From: Podarcis gaigeae
Lineage: Eukaryota
Assembly (NCBI GenBank): GCA_964106915.2
Contig: OZ066917.1
Strand: one strand, 5' to 3'
DNA: 64,000 nucleotides
Below are positions 12,201-23,605 of the stretch, one piece after another (positions within the stretch are counted from its first letter, which is position 1; every line of letters begins with the position of its first letter). A model generated the notes under the pieces. It did not search any database, had not been told where the DNA came from, and saw nothing but the letters and a program-made list of their open reading frames with translations. The translations under genes and the position numbers were made by a program.

Positions 12201-13251
12201 CTGTGTGCGTCCTTTTGTGGATCTTGAGGTTCTCGGAGCGCGCGAAGACCTTCCCGCAGCCGGGGAAGGGGCACGGGAAGGGCTTCTCGCCCGTGTGCAC
12301 GCGGATGTGGTTGATAAGCTTGTACTTGGCCTTGAAGGGCTTCCCTTCGCGGGGACACTCCTCCCAGAAGCACACGTGGCTGCTCTGCTCGGGCCCGCCG
12401 ACGTGCTCCACCGTGACGTGATTGACCAGCTCGTGCATGGTGCTGTAGGTTTGCGAGCAGGGCGGCGCGGCCGCCTCGGCCTCGATCCACTTGCAGATCA
12501 GCTCTTGCTTGATGGGCTGTCGCATGTAGCGCAGGAAGGCGGCGGCAGCGGAGGAGGCGCCCGCAGGGTGGTGATGGTGTGGAGGCGCGTGGTGCGCATG
12601 TGCGGGAGGCGCTGGCGCCTGTTGCAGGACGGCCGCCGCCAAGTTGACCGGGTAGCCTTGCGGCGCGGCGCCGTAGGACGCTTCGGAGGCGGCGGCGGCG
12701 GCCGCCACGGACGACGGGCGGAAGGGCTCCACGCGCCCGTAAAACTCGGCAGCCGCCGCGGCAGCCGCAGCCACGGCCAGCCCCAGCCGCATCTGCCCGT
12801 TGAGCGGGTGGTGGCCTCCGGACGGGCCCGCCGGGTGGTCGTGCAGCCCCGGGAAGGCGGCGGCGTGAGGCTGCTCGCCGCCGGCGCCGTAGGTGCCCGC
12901 CGACGAGATGAACATGGGCGAGCTGGCCGGGTGTTGCTGCAGAGGCCGCTCGGCCCGCCGCGGCGCCGCGTACGAGGGGCTGCCGGCCGCGCCGTTGGCG
13001 CCCGCCTGCGACGACGAGGCGAAGGCGGCCTCGGCGCCGGCCGGGCTCAACTTGAGCGCCCCCGACGCCACGTGCTCCGGCCCGAAGGGGGCCGCGGCAG
13101 CCGGGTCCGAGGAGCCCAGGTCCCCCGGGTGCAAGGGCTGGAAGCCGCCACCGCTGGTGGCGCTGCTGCCTCCTCCGACGCCGCCATGCAATGCGGCCAG
13201 GTCGGCCAAGCGCAGGCTGGGGCTCCTCTTGCAACTCAGCGCGGGCTCCAT
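12201..13251 (-). CDS. ZIC5: ZIC5 coding exon 1 (from MEPALS ATG; a possible upstream in-frame ATG at 13392 adds 47 aa); ZF-NC and zinc fingers 1-3
   Basis: ATG in strong Kozak context gccATGG at 13251. Encodes [69 protein letters not shown]. Donor ACAG|gtgggt at 12201/12200. Spliced CDS 1503 nt (500 aa), or 547 aa from 13392. Confidence 0.95.
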
Positions 13252-13479
13252 GGCGCCGCAGCCCCGGGGCCCATCCAGGCGCGAGGGGGTCGCCTGGGCC
13301 GGCCCCGAGGGGGCGGTGGCCTTCCTCCCCCTGCCTGCCGCCGCCGAGGCTGTTGCTGCCGCCGTGGCCAGCGCCGCCGCCTTGCCAAACATGGAGCGAT
13401 TAAGCGGCTCTTTAACTTCTTTTGTCTGCTCCGTTTCCCAACTCGGCTGCTGCTGCCATCCTCTCCCCGCTCTGGCCTC

Positions 13480-13730
13480 CAGCGATTGGCAGAGCGCTCG
13501 GCACATTTGAGCGGCGCGGTTGGGAACCAGAGTTTGGAAATGTGCGCGGGTGGGATTGGAGGGAGGCCGGTGATTGGCAGAGGCCAGGCCAGCGCGATTG
13601 GCTCCCATTCAGGCCGGGCGCTCAGCGGGGAACCGCCCTCGCGCTCTTGTCTGCTTTCGCGCTCTTGCTCGCTCTCCCCACCCCCCCGACGCCCCTTTTC
13701 TCGCTCTCGCGCGCGTTTCTCCCTCCCCCC
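13480..13730 (-). promoter_or_regulatory. ZIC5 proximal promoter region (CpG island, four CCAAT boxes)
   Basis: ATTGG on + (CCAAT in ZIC5 sense) at 13485, 13555, 13573 and 13597, in GC-rich sequence just upstream of the ATGs. Confidence 0.65.
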
Positions 13731-13925
13731 CCCAAAAAAGTTGCACTTGCTGAAAGGAAGGAAGAAGGGGAAAAAGTTAGCGCCCAGCCGCAGAGGGAGT
13801 GCCAAGCGAGCGGCGTGCCAGGGGGAAACACGCGGCGGCACGCTTGCTTGGAAACTGTCAGGGAAGGCAGCCCGGATCTCGCTCCAAGCGCGCAAAGGAG
13901 AGTTGCTGCTTCCCAGTTACCTGGG

Positions 13926-14029
13926 ATAGAATTGTAGAGTTGGAAGGGACCCCCAGGGTCATCTAGTCCAACCCCCTTGAAACGCAGGAATCTTTCGCCC
14001 AGCGTGGGAATCGAACTCACGACCCTGAT
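13926..14029 (-). mobile_element. Short tRNA-derived SINE with CR1-like 3' tail
   Basis: Minus strand reads agggtcgtgaGTTCGATTCCcacgctgggc (B box)...gggttggactagatgaccctgggggtcccttccaactctacaattctat; sister copy at 40061-40158. Confidence 0.8.
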
Positions 14030-14269
14030 ATGAGCTGTTCAGTGAGGAACTGCCGCAACTTTTTGCCCAGCCTGAAACCGCTTTGCGAAACAAGGCTTCC
14101 TTCCACTGCCTACTGCGAGTCGGCATAATGTTCTTGCGGGCACATCAGCTGCAAGTTTTAGAGTGTTTGTGCCCGAACTTAAAAACACACCGGGAGGGCA
14201 TTTGCTCGTGTGAAAAAGGATCCTTTTTGGTAATGACATACTTTACACCTTGGTGAGAACGACATAAGG

Positions 14270-14393
14270 CACTTGGGAGGGTTTGAAGCAGAGGTTGGAT
14301 GGCCATCTGCAGGTATAATAGAGTTGACATTCCTGTGTTGCCGAGGGTTGGGCTAGATGACCCTGGGGTTCCTTCCAACGCTATGATTCTATG
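14270..14393 (+). mobile_element. CR1 LINE 3' end fragment
   Basis: aagcagaggttggatggccatctg...gggttgggctagatgaccctggggttccttccaacgctatgattctatg, a typical CR1 3' terminus. Confidence 0.75.
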
Positions 14394-16091
14394 TGTCTAT
14401 TTTTAGGACTTGGAGCCTAGGGCTCCGATGGCACCCACCAGACTGTAAGCGTCTTTGTAACTATTTATAGGTACACTCAGTATGCAAGGCGAGCGTCCTA
14501 AACGCCCTAAAATAATTGCGCCCTAAATGAATTGTATGGATGTAAATCGCACAAATAAATACAAACTCAACAAGTGGATGGGGAGCTATGTAATTCATAT
14601 ACAAGCGCATATGAAAGTCCCGTTGCTTTCATTGACTCTTCCTCTCCAGCATATGTGCTTAGGACCGAAGCGTCGATTGGAAGGAGATATTTTGGTGCAG
14701 TTACAATTATTACTGGCTTCAGAATAGATGTGAATATAAGCTGTTGCCTTAAACGCCGAGACACGACTGCTTCATGAGAGTTTCTTCGTGACTGTGTGGA
14801 AAGAACTACAACGATTCATTTCCCTAAGTAATGGAAATACTGTAACTGCTCCCATAAGCTGGTGTAAAAAGTATTAGTTTTGAGGGCGGGGTGGGGGGGG
14901 TTCATCTCAAACGGCTGAGTCTCGCAGGAGACGTCAGATCCGTTTCTCCATCTCAATGAAGCCTATAAATAGATCAGTCAGTTCGTGCTCTTTTTAAAAA
15001 CGTGGCTGATAGAATGAATGGTCAGGATGCGCCATCCTTACATTTGTACGATTCTTCTCTCTCCTTCCAACACTCCCGCCTCCACCGTTTCCCTGAACTT
15101 TCCGTCCTGTTTACACAGGAAAACCCTAAATCCCCGTGTACGCTCCTGCACGCCAGCGCTCTGGGAGGAAAGCCTGCCTTTGAGCTGCTGGGACTTATTT
15201 GAGGAACAGGTGTACAGTCCTCGGGGGAAATTTCGCGTGGACGTTTCCTGCGAGGATGCTGGTGGGGTCTGTAGGATACTGAGAAATGTACGCTTGCGGA
15301 TCGAACCGGAGCAGGGGTAGAAGTTGGCGCCCCGATCCGAATCCGTGCGTTTTCCCACCCCTCCTCATTTGGTACAAGTCCATTAATTTAAATAGATGTG
15401 TGGATTCTGTTGAAAACTTGGGAGACCGATTACAAATTAACCGAATTTACGAATGGAGCGGCAAACACCTGCACATTTCCTTAAAAAAAAAAATCAAATG
15501 CGCCAGAAAAGCGGGGAGTGGGTGGGACTGAGCTTTCAGCTCTGAAAATAAAGGAGGAGGGACGTCGCCTTCCTTTTTTCGCGACCGGCAAAGCTGAACA
15601 AAACTTAGTCGCCGCAGCGGGAGCAAGTCCTGGAACAGAAATAGGCAGTAGTATTTCCATAATGCAAAGTAGCAGCGCCTGAAATAGCACCGAAAAGCTC
15701 TTGAGGCGGCGCTAGCACTTGGTTCAACACGCCGCACTGCATGGTAAAGGCTGACTTTTTGGCAACGCGTCTTTCCAGTAGTTCTGCGCCTAATTTGAAA
15801 CAGGCGGAGACGAGGTGAGCCAATTTCAGCCCTCGGAGTACATGCAGTCAGACGCATTCCCCATTTTTAAGTTAAAAGAGAGAGAGAGATGGAGAATATG
15901 AGAGTGGGAGAAAATCTTTCTGTTAGGGACCACGTGAAAATCGCCAACAGCTCTCCAACTAGCCCTTAGGTCGCCGAGTTAGCGCATCGCGCAGGCGGCC
16001 AGGCGTTTGATACATTCATTTCAGGGGTTTCCATAAAGAGATCTTGCAACCCAACTATTAACTTGCGAGCTTCACGTCCTCTTTTCGCCTC

Positions 16092-16175
16092 GTGCAACCT
16101 CGCGCCTGTTTTCTCTGAAGTAAGACCCACTGCCTCCAATGGGTCTTATTCCCTAGTGTGTTTAGGATTGCAGCT
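16092..16175. mobile_element. ~90-bp palindromic MITE-like copy
   Basis: tgcaacct...gaagtaagacccactg...caatgggtcttattccc...tttaggattgcagc followed by ttta. Confidence 0.65.
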
Positions 16176-17094
16176 TTACAGACACCGTACAAAGTTAAAA
16201 GACACACACATAAGCATACCGGTGTGATGCAACTCACGATTATTATTATTTTGTCCCCAAAGCCGGCTCCGCAGGGCATCAACGTGTTTCCAAATTCATT
16301 TTGAAGCTTGATTGCTGATCAATTTTGATTTTTTGGGGGGGGGAAGGCTACAGTATGGGGGTCTTTTAAAAAAGAGGGGGCTGGGTTGCCTGATAGATAG
16401 TTTTCGAATGAAATGAAAGCTTTCGAAACAGGAATTTCTTGTTTTTTTAAGTATGAAAAATATATTGAGTTATACTTGAATTTCCGATATGTAATGGTTT
16501 AAACGGGGCGCGGGGAGGGGGAGTTCCAAACCTGAATAATAGTTTGCAAGTTATGTCCTGGCCTCCGTGTACAACCCTTGTTAAACGCAGCGTGATATGG
16601 ATCTGTCATCGATTTAGTGCGTCTTAATTCAAATATATGTCGCTGATCAATTCCCTGGTTTGTGGGGACTATAAACAGCGGAGAGATGGCTGGGTGGACA
16701 GACAAACATGGATGGCAGGTAGTGAATAAGGCTTTTAAATCGTGGGTTATATCGTGAAAGTTGTAGTGGACTTGCAGGCAGATTAATTCAAACCTATGAT
16801 TTTCCCCAGCTGCTATCAGTGAAAGGGTTATCTTTGCGATAAGGCAACTTCTGAAGAAGCATGCTGTTTCTTGCATTAAATTTGCATACTGTCAGCTGCA
16901 CTGCGAGGGCACGCACGGGAGAAACCGTGCACGTTACAAACAAGAGGCACGGTCCAGCAAAACTTAAGCACTTTATTCAGCAATGTTCCCATTGAAGCCA
17001 ATGGGGCTTATGAGCAATTCGCGCTGGCTGGGTGGTGCCGCAAATGTTCCATACAGATAGAAAGGGCACTGTGGACCATTCTAGCCTCTGAATA

Positions 17095-17222
17095 AGGGAC
17101 ATGGCCTTATACCGAGCCAGGCCATTGGTCTATCTATCTCAGTATTGCCTACACTGACTGGCAGGCTCTCCAGGATTTCAGACAGGGGTCTCTCCTGGCC
17201 CTTCCTGGAGTTGCCAGGGATT
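17095..17222 (-). mobile_element. Squamate SINE fragment with CR1-like tail
   Basis: gccttataccgagccaggccattggtctatctatctcagtattgcctacactgactggcag..ctctccaggatttcagacagggg; related copies at ~19753-19905 and ~54318-54590. Confidence 0.6.
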
Positions 17223-19223
17223 TTAAGATTGCTGTAAGTCTCTTCCTGGTCAAGGCAGAGATGTGCACCGTAATTCCGAAATGTATGTTATTCCAAGTAA
17301 GCGAACAAACACACTATTTGATTCTAAACCGTCAATCTATTAAATCTGGAATCTCTTCTCCTCCTCACGTTTTTTTGCTGTCCCCCCTTCCTCCCCCGCT
17401 TCTTTACTTCCCCTCTTTTCTTTTCTTTTCTTTTCTTTTCGTTTCTTTTCTTTTCTTTCTTTATTAATTTCAGTCCACGGCACGTTTAGCAAATCAGCTC
17501 TCCAGAGTTCGTGTTTTTGTTTGCTTGCTGCTTACGGCATTTGTTTGACGGCGGCATTATGCAAATATATGCTAATGATCACGAAGCCCATTTGCAAGTA
17601 GTTGTCTTTAGTGCACACATGTTATTGATATTTAGCGGGAGGGGGGACGATATTCCAGAAGAGGGAAAATGCCTTCTGGGGAACAATTAAAACGAGAGAG
17701 CAATTAACAGCTCTTCTCAAGAAGATCTTTTTTTAAAAAAAAAAAAGGAAAAAACAGCCGTGCAGGCAGTAGAGGCACGGGATTCTTCAGGCAGACAAAA
17801 CAAACAGACACACACACCCTTGAAAAATCCTGCGCGCACACTTGCACGGGAGTAAGTCCTGTTGTATAGCTTTGGACTTAACTTCCGTGCAAACCTGCTA
17901 AGCTGTTCTGATGAAGGCGCGGATTCTCCTCGGGACGCGCGCCTTGGATTCCTACCCACGAGACGACGCAGAGGTCAGCTCTGCGTTGTACTTACTTAGA
18001 CGTAGCGTTCATGGAAGCCAGCACAGCTTTGTTTAGGAAAGGCAGGTCTCGTCGAGGGTAGCTGGAGGGGAGGGCGCCCCTCATTTTCCTCCCCCGCCAG
18101 CACCCTCGGAGTCTGCCGGCTGCGCTTGGATCCTCTCTCCTCTTATCCGCCACCCCCCCCGCCCCCTCCTTGATGGTGCTGCGCGTAAAGGAAAAGCTGG
18201 ACAACCCTCGCCCCAACCAGCTACCCAACATCCCTAAATGAAACCAGTAATACACTCAGGGAGCTGAGCCACGGGCTCTTCGTGGCTTGTCTAACCACTC
18301 TGGTTGTTCGGTTCTTCTGTGTCGTCCCCCCCCCCCACCCTCTCTCTCTCTTCCTCTCTCCACCTCTGCCACTTAACATGACCCGACCTGTCAGGTGTGC
18401 CTGGTGGCTGCCAAGCTGGCTTTCGGCGACAGGCCCAAGCACTTGCACAAAGCGCTCTGGAGAAGGGCAGCAGGAGGAGGTGGAGGAGAGCGCACCATTG
18501 GAGAGGAGGCAGGAACGGGTTAAGAGTGTTCCTTCTTCAGTAGGGCTCTTGCCTCGTCAAGGGACTAGTTCAAGGCTTCCTAGAGGGCCCGCGGGCCCTT
18601 TTGCCTTGCTCAGAAGTGGGGTCTCGGGGGCGCAGCCTGATACGCGAGTGGGTTTTTCTCAGAAGTGATTTTCACGGGAAAGTGGGTGATAAGCAACTTG
18701 CCAAGGGAATGCGTTTTTCCATATGAAAATTTACTGGCGCACGGAAGCAAAACTGCCCAAATATGTTGTTTAATTCCTAGATCGATTAAACTACCTTGGA
18801 AACAAATCATTTTTAAAGGGTGGGGGAGAGTGGTTTCCTTTCAATGAACCCTCTCTCTCCCTGTGACATATTAAGGGGTTTGCTTACAACACCCACACAC
18901 CCCTTCACCCCCTCCACACATACACAATTGCTGTCTGTGCCTCTTACCATTGCATATTTGTGCCTAGCCTGGCAAAACATAGCTGGTTGTTTCAGTGCCA
19001 GAGGTGACTTGTTCCGCCTTGCTAAAGAGGGGCTCCACAGATCCAGTGGCACTCCTCTTCCTTCGCCAGTGCATAGATCCACACCAAACAAATGACTCTA
19101 ACTCATGTCTTTTATCGACAATTTTAATGTTCCTTTTTATTTTTTGGAAACCGCTTAGAGGTCCTGTTACAACCAAGCGGTGTGAATTTTGTTAAATAAA
19201 AACAAAGGAACATCACCAACAAG

Positions 19224-19480
19224 AGTGCAAGCCTATACATGTCCACAACTCTGCTCAGAAGGACGTGCTATTCCGTTCAATGGGGCTTACTCCCAGGTAA
19301 GTGGGTGTAGGATTGCATACTAAAATAACTCATGTATGTTGTGGGGAATGTCCTGCTTTAGTCTGGCGGGCATACGCAGCCAAGTTTCAAGATCAAGGCT
19401 GCAATCCTGCATGCACTTACTTAGAAGTAAGCCCCATTTAAACCCGCGAGACTTCCAAGTAAACATGCATAGGCTTGTGA
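19224..19480. mobile_element. Two ~90-bp palindromic MITE-like copies
   Basis: 19224-19320 (...ttcaatggggcttactcccaggtaagtgggtgtaggattgca) and 19397-19480 (ggctgcaatcctgcatgcacttacttagaagtaagccccatt...aagtaaacatgcatagg). Confidence 0.7.
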
Positions 19481-19752
19481 TCTTCCTTACATACTTGGGA
19501 AGTGGGATGACATAAAGAAGGGCATATAATAAGTATTTCTGATGGTTGGTATATGTATATATAAAATGTCCTATGACAGATATCAACCATCTGGATGATT
19601 TACCCCTGGGGAACGTCATCCCGCTCCTTTCCTTTTGTCCCCCAACATTGCCTCCGAATGCTGACGTGGAACCAGAGATCTGAGGACATTTTATGGAGTA
19701 TAGAAATGCGAAGGCTTTTAGAGAAATCACAAGCACACCAACTTAAACAGAA

Positions 19753-19905
19753 GAAGTTGCCTTACACGGGGTCAGATAATCGGTTCATGTAACTCGATAT
19801 TGCCTAAAACACGAACCAGCAGGTGCTCTCCAGGGTTTCAGATAGGGAGTCTTTCGGAGCCCTGTCATGGCGAGATGTTGGAGGCTGGACTATGGACTTT
19901 TGGCC
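19753..19905 (-). mobile_element. Decayed squamate SINE fragment
   Basis: gaagttgccttacacggggtcagat...gctctccagggtttcagatagggagtctttc, similar to the 17095 copy. Confidence 0.5.
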
Positions 19906-22900
19906 CTTCCTGCAGGTCCCGAGTACTTTAGTGGTTTTCTGTTTCTAGGTTATTTGATTAATAACGATTTTTCCTTTGGCTGGGGAAATTACAACACTGA
20001 GACTGCAAACGTTTGTAAACATATCATAACTTCCACTGAACCCGATGGAATTTAATTCTGTGTAAATGTGCTTGGAAGCTTGCTCGGTTTGGAAACTATT
20101 TTAGAAGATCCTCGGGCAGCTCAACTCCTATGCACGTTTGCCTGGAAGTAAGTTGCACTGGCATGGTGGACTTACCCAGTTAACAGTCCTACACAGCCTC
20201 TACTCACGACGGGTGGAATGGAGTTCAACGGGGCTTACTCTCAGGTAAAGGGAGATAAAGTGGGAGACTAAAAGCTGAGATTCCTTAAACTGCATCTTCC
20301 AAAATTAGCAGCCAAACTGCAGTGCCATCATTCTCAGCTACTGGAAGGAACTGCGCCATATTGATCAGCTTTTAATCACTTTTTTTAAAAAAGTGCATTA
20401 TAAAGCTATGCGATCATAGAGCAACAACTGCTTGATCTACTACTTCACGTTTACTGAGAAATAATTCCCCCTCTATTCAGTGGGTCTTGCTCATCATCGG
20501 CAAGTGTCTAAAGGACTGCAGCCTTAGAGAACCGAAACAAAGCTGTCACGCTCAAGGGGGTACAGGAGGGCCATTGATGAGTTGATAATGCTATTTCTGA
20601 TAGTCTCGCTATCCCATAATTCCTCCCTCCCCCCCCCTTTTAAAATAATGCGTAGTGTGCACATCTACTTTCAGGAGGGAAAACGAGGGAGAAATTCAAT
20701 GCGTGTGTGCGGATACACATGTGTATCTATAAGCCTATATAGGCGCATCCTTCCGGTTCCCTCTATTTTCCCCCCACGGTCAACGATTGGAAGAAGCTGT
20801 TCCGATAAATCAAACGGTGACACTTTGACGGCTGGCCTTGTATAAGCAATATGGTTCCCATATGGCCCCGTTATTTATGAATGACAGCAGAAAGTGTATT
20901 ACATATTCGCTCGAGAGCGGGAAAGGAGAGCGCTTTACTTACGGACAACTTGCCCTGCTTCCCCTAACCCGCAGCGGCAGCCTCCCATTGAAACAGAGAG
21001 GAGCCGAAAAAGGATAGGGCAAGGTAAATGGAGCAAAGTCCTCAGGGAAGCGTCCTTTTTAAAAAAATGAAAATAATAAATCCAAAACTAGCGACCAAAA
21101 GACAAGCAAACAAAAACAAGCAAACCAAAAACAAAGAACTCCCTAAGCTCGATTTTGCAAAAATGTAGCATTCATTCCACATGTCTTCTATTTCAAAGGC
21201 GGAGTTCAGCACTGATTCAACTCTCTCCCATTGAAATGAATGGTTCCTTTTGCCGGGATCGTGGCCCGCGGTTAAAACACACACGCACCAGGCAGAGAGG
21301 TTTGTCTTGCGGATTATGCGCGTCTTAGCAAAACCAACACAAAGCAGGCCTTATCTTCCTTGAGACTCCTCTCTCCCCAAAACCCACCGCTGCTGCATAA
21401 CACTGAAACCGCCGGCCACGGCGGAGAATAATAAATTTTAATAGTGGGAGGGCATTTCGCTGTATTTCTCTGTGGACACCCTAGGCGTTGTAGTGAGCCT
21501 GGGCTTTTTTTAAAAAAGAAAAACCAAAACCAAAAAAACTCAGGCATTTAAAAGTTACAACTTTGGCTGAGACTTTCATTGACTTCCCACTTTGCTTGTA
21601 TATTTGGCTTCTTGTAGACTAAAACCTGACAAAGCGTTTACAAAAAAAGAAAAGAAAAAAGAAAACTTATTCCAACATGTCCTTTTACAGAAGGAGGCTC
21701 TCTGCCCCCTGCTCTTCCCGCTCCAGCAGCACATGCCGTCTTCAGAGGTCAGAGGTCGAATGGCCTAGAAGTGGCTGAGCGAGGGGATATCAAAGGTGAC
21801 CTGCAACTTAATATCCTGTTGATGAGCCTGTTGAATTTACGAGTGTCTGTGATACAGACAACAATCGTGGGCAAGTGAGGAGCCACTGAAGAGAGCTTGT
21901 CCACCTCCCAGTCTTTTCCGGTGAAGCAGAGGAGGCTGGGCCTCGACAGGATTTCTCAAATCAGGATTTGGATTTTACAGGAGAAAGACACCTCTTCTGC
22001 ACACATTTCTGTCTTGTACAATTTAACAACAACAGCAACAACAACGCCAGAAGCCAGCACCATATTTGCTAGGAAACAAATCTAACTGATTTCAGTAAGA
22101 AGTAAAGGAAGCATAGAAGCCTAACAACCATATTGGATCAGATCCAGCCAAAGTTTGATTTCAATAGGGGTGAAAAACCATTCATAGCTTGAAATCAAGG
22201 GACGGAACAACCTGACCCTACGCATACTTACTCGGGAGTAAGATGCTAAATCACTTGCATATTAACTCCTAAGTCAGGGTGCATGCAGTTTCAGAACTCA
22301 TTGCGCTTGGCTGGCTTCTGCCTGTTTGCTTGGGAGTAAATCCCATTGACTTCGCCCGAAAGTATTTTCGACTCAGGCTGAATCAGAGGTGCATAATTTT
22401 GCCAGTAAATTTGATTGAGCACAGTGGGACCTCTGAAGTAAACGTGCATAGGATCGGGCAACAAGGGGAGGCTGGATTCCAGACGCTTTTTGGGTGGGGG
22501 AGCTGAAGTCAATGGGATTTGTTTGGAAGCAAGCTTTCCATTGCAAATATAATTCTTATGCAGTCACCTACACAGAGACAGCTCTGTCCTCGGGTCAAAG
22601 GAAAGCCAAGCCACAGCTAAATAAGCTCCATCAAGGGGACCCAGCAAAGGCGCAGCCCTAGAGATAAACGGATACCGTTGAGTTCCCCACCCCACACACC
22701 CCCAGATGCCAGTTGCAGGGGAACGGTAGCTCAGAAGCGGCAGATCATTGCAAAATAACGAAGACAGCGAGAGACACTGAGCGAAGCTGCCTTTCCTTCC
22801 TTCTAGGCTTGGAGAAAGCAAAAAGCAAAAAGCAGAAGCGTGGAAGGAAACTTACAGACCAGGGGGGGCCATGTTTCCCCAAGAGCTGGTGGCGATGGTG

Positions 22901-23531
22901 ACAGACCGGTCACGTATCTAGCAGGCTGTAGGCCGGGCCCCCCAAGAAAGCTACTCTGGCTGAGGAGGAATCCGATCCCTTCTCTCCTTCCCTTCGCCCT
23001 GCTAACCCACTTCCCGAAGGGATTTTGACTGCTGGCCGCTTTCTTCCCTCGCAAAGAATGAGCTTTAAAGGCTGTACTCCGGCCAATGGCCCATGAAAGG
23101 GACGGCAGGTTTCTTTCTTGGCTCCTCTTCTCCCCCCACTCCCTTCCTTTCCTTCTCACCCCCGTGACATTGGTTGGGGGGGGGGGGAGAAAAGGAGGCT
23201 TTTTTTTTTTTTGGCTGTTTGGAGAGAAATAAAGCACTTCTGGGGAGGGGGTGGAAGGACGGCGATCTAGCTTTGAACTTGGATCAACTCCTCTGTTTCC
23301 TACCGGGAGGGGAGAAATGGGAAAGTTTGAAAGAAAAGCGGCGTCCAGCCTGCGGGGGACTCCGGCCGGAATTTACGAATTTACCTCCCAAAAGTGTCCT
23401 GAACAAGCCGCCGAGGCCGTTAGACAGCGGGGGAGGGATCTGAGAGAAAGGAAAGGAGAGAGAAAGAAACGTGTGGGTGGGTGGATGTGTGAATGAGACT
23501 TGAGGCTACATTCAAAAACTGTTTTAGCCAT

Positions 23532-23535
<4 letters not shown>

Positions 23536-23602
<67 letters not shown>
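23536..23602. repeat. Compound (TG)n(AG)n microsatellite
   Basis: Seen directly. Confidence 0.95.

Positions 23603-23605
<3 letters not shown>

Noticed and set aside
13393-13608. Further in-frame ATGs (13608, 13506) upstream of ZIC5 MFGK
   Set aside because: They lie among the CCAAT boxes, probably at or upstream of the TSS, and the peptide resembles no ZIC N-terminus I recognise.
12190-13929. 579-aa + strand ORF antisense to ZIC5 exon 1 (and the 392-aa alternative-frame ORF 12056-13234)
   Set aside because: Shadow ORFs expected from extreme GC3 bias; low-complexity R/G/A translation with no domain.
13995-14029. tRNA gene suggested by GTTCGA(T/G/A)TCC B boxes (also ~40071 and ~51906)
   Set aside because: No complete cloverleaf; each continues into a LINE-derived or SINE body, so these are SINE heads.
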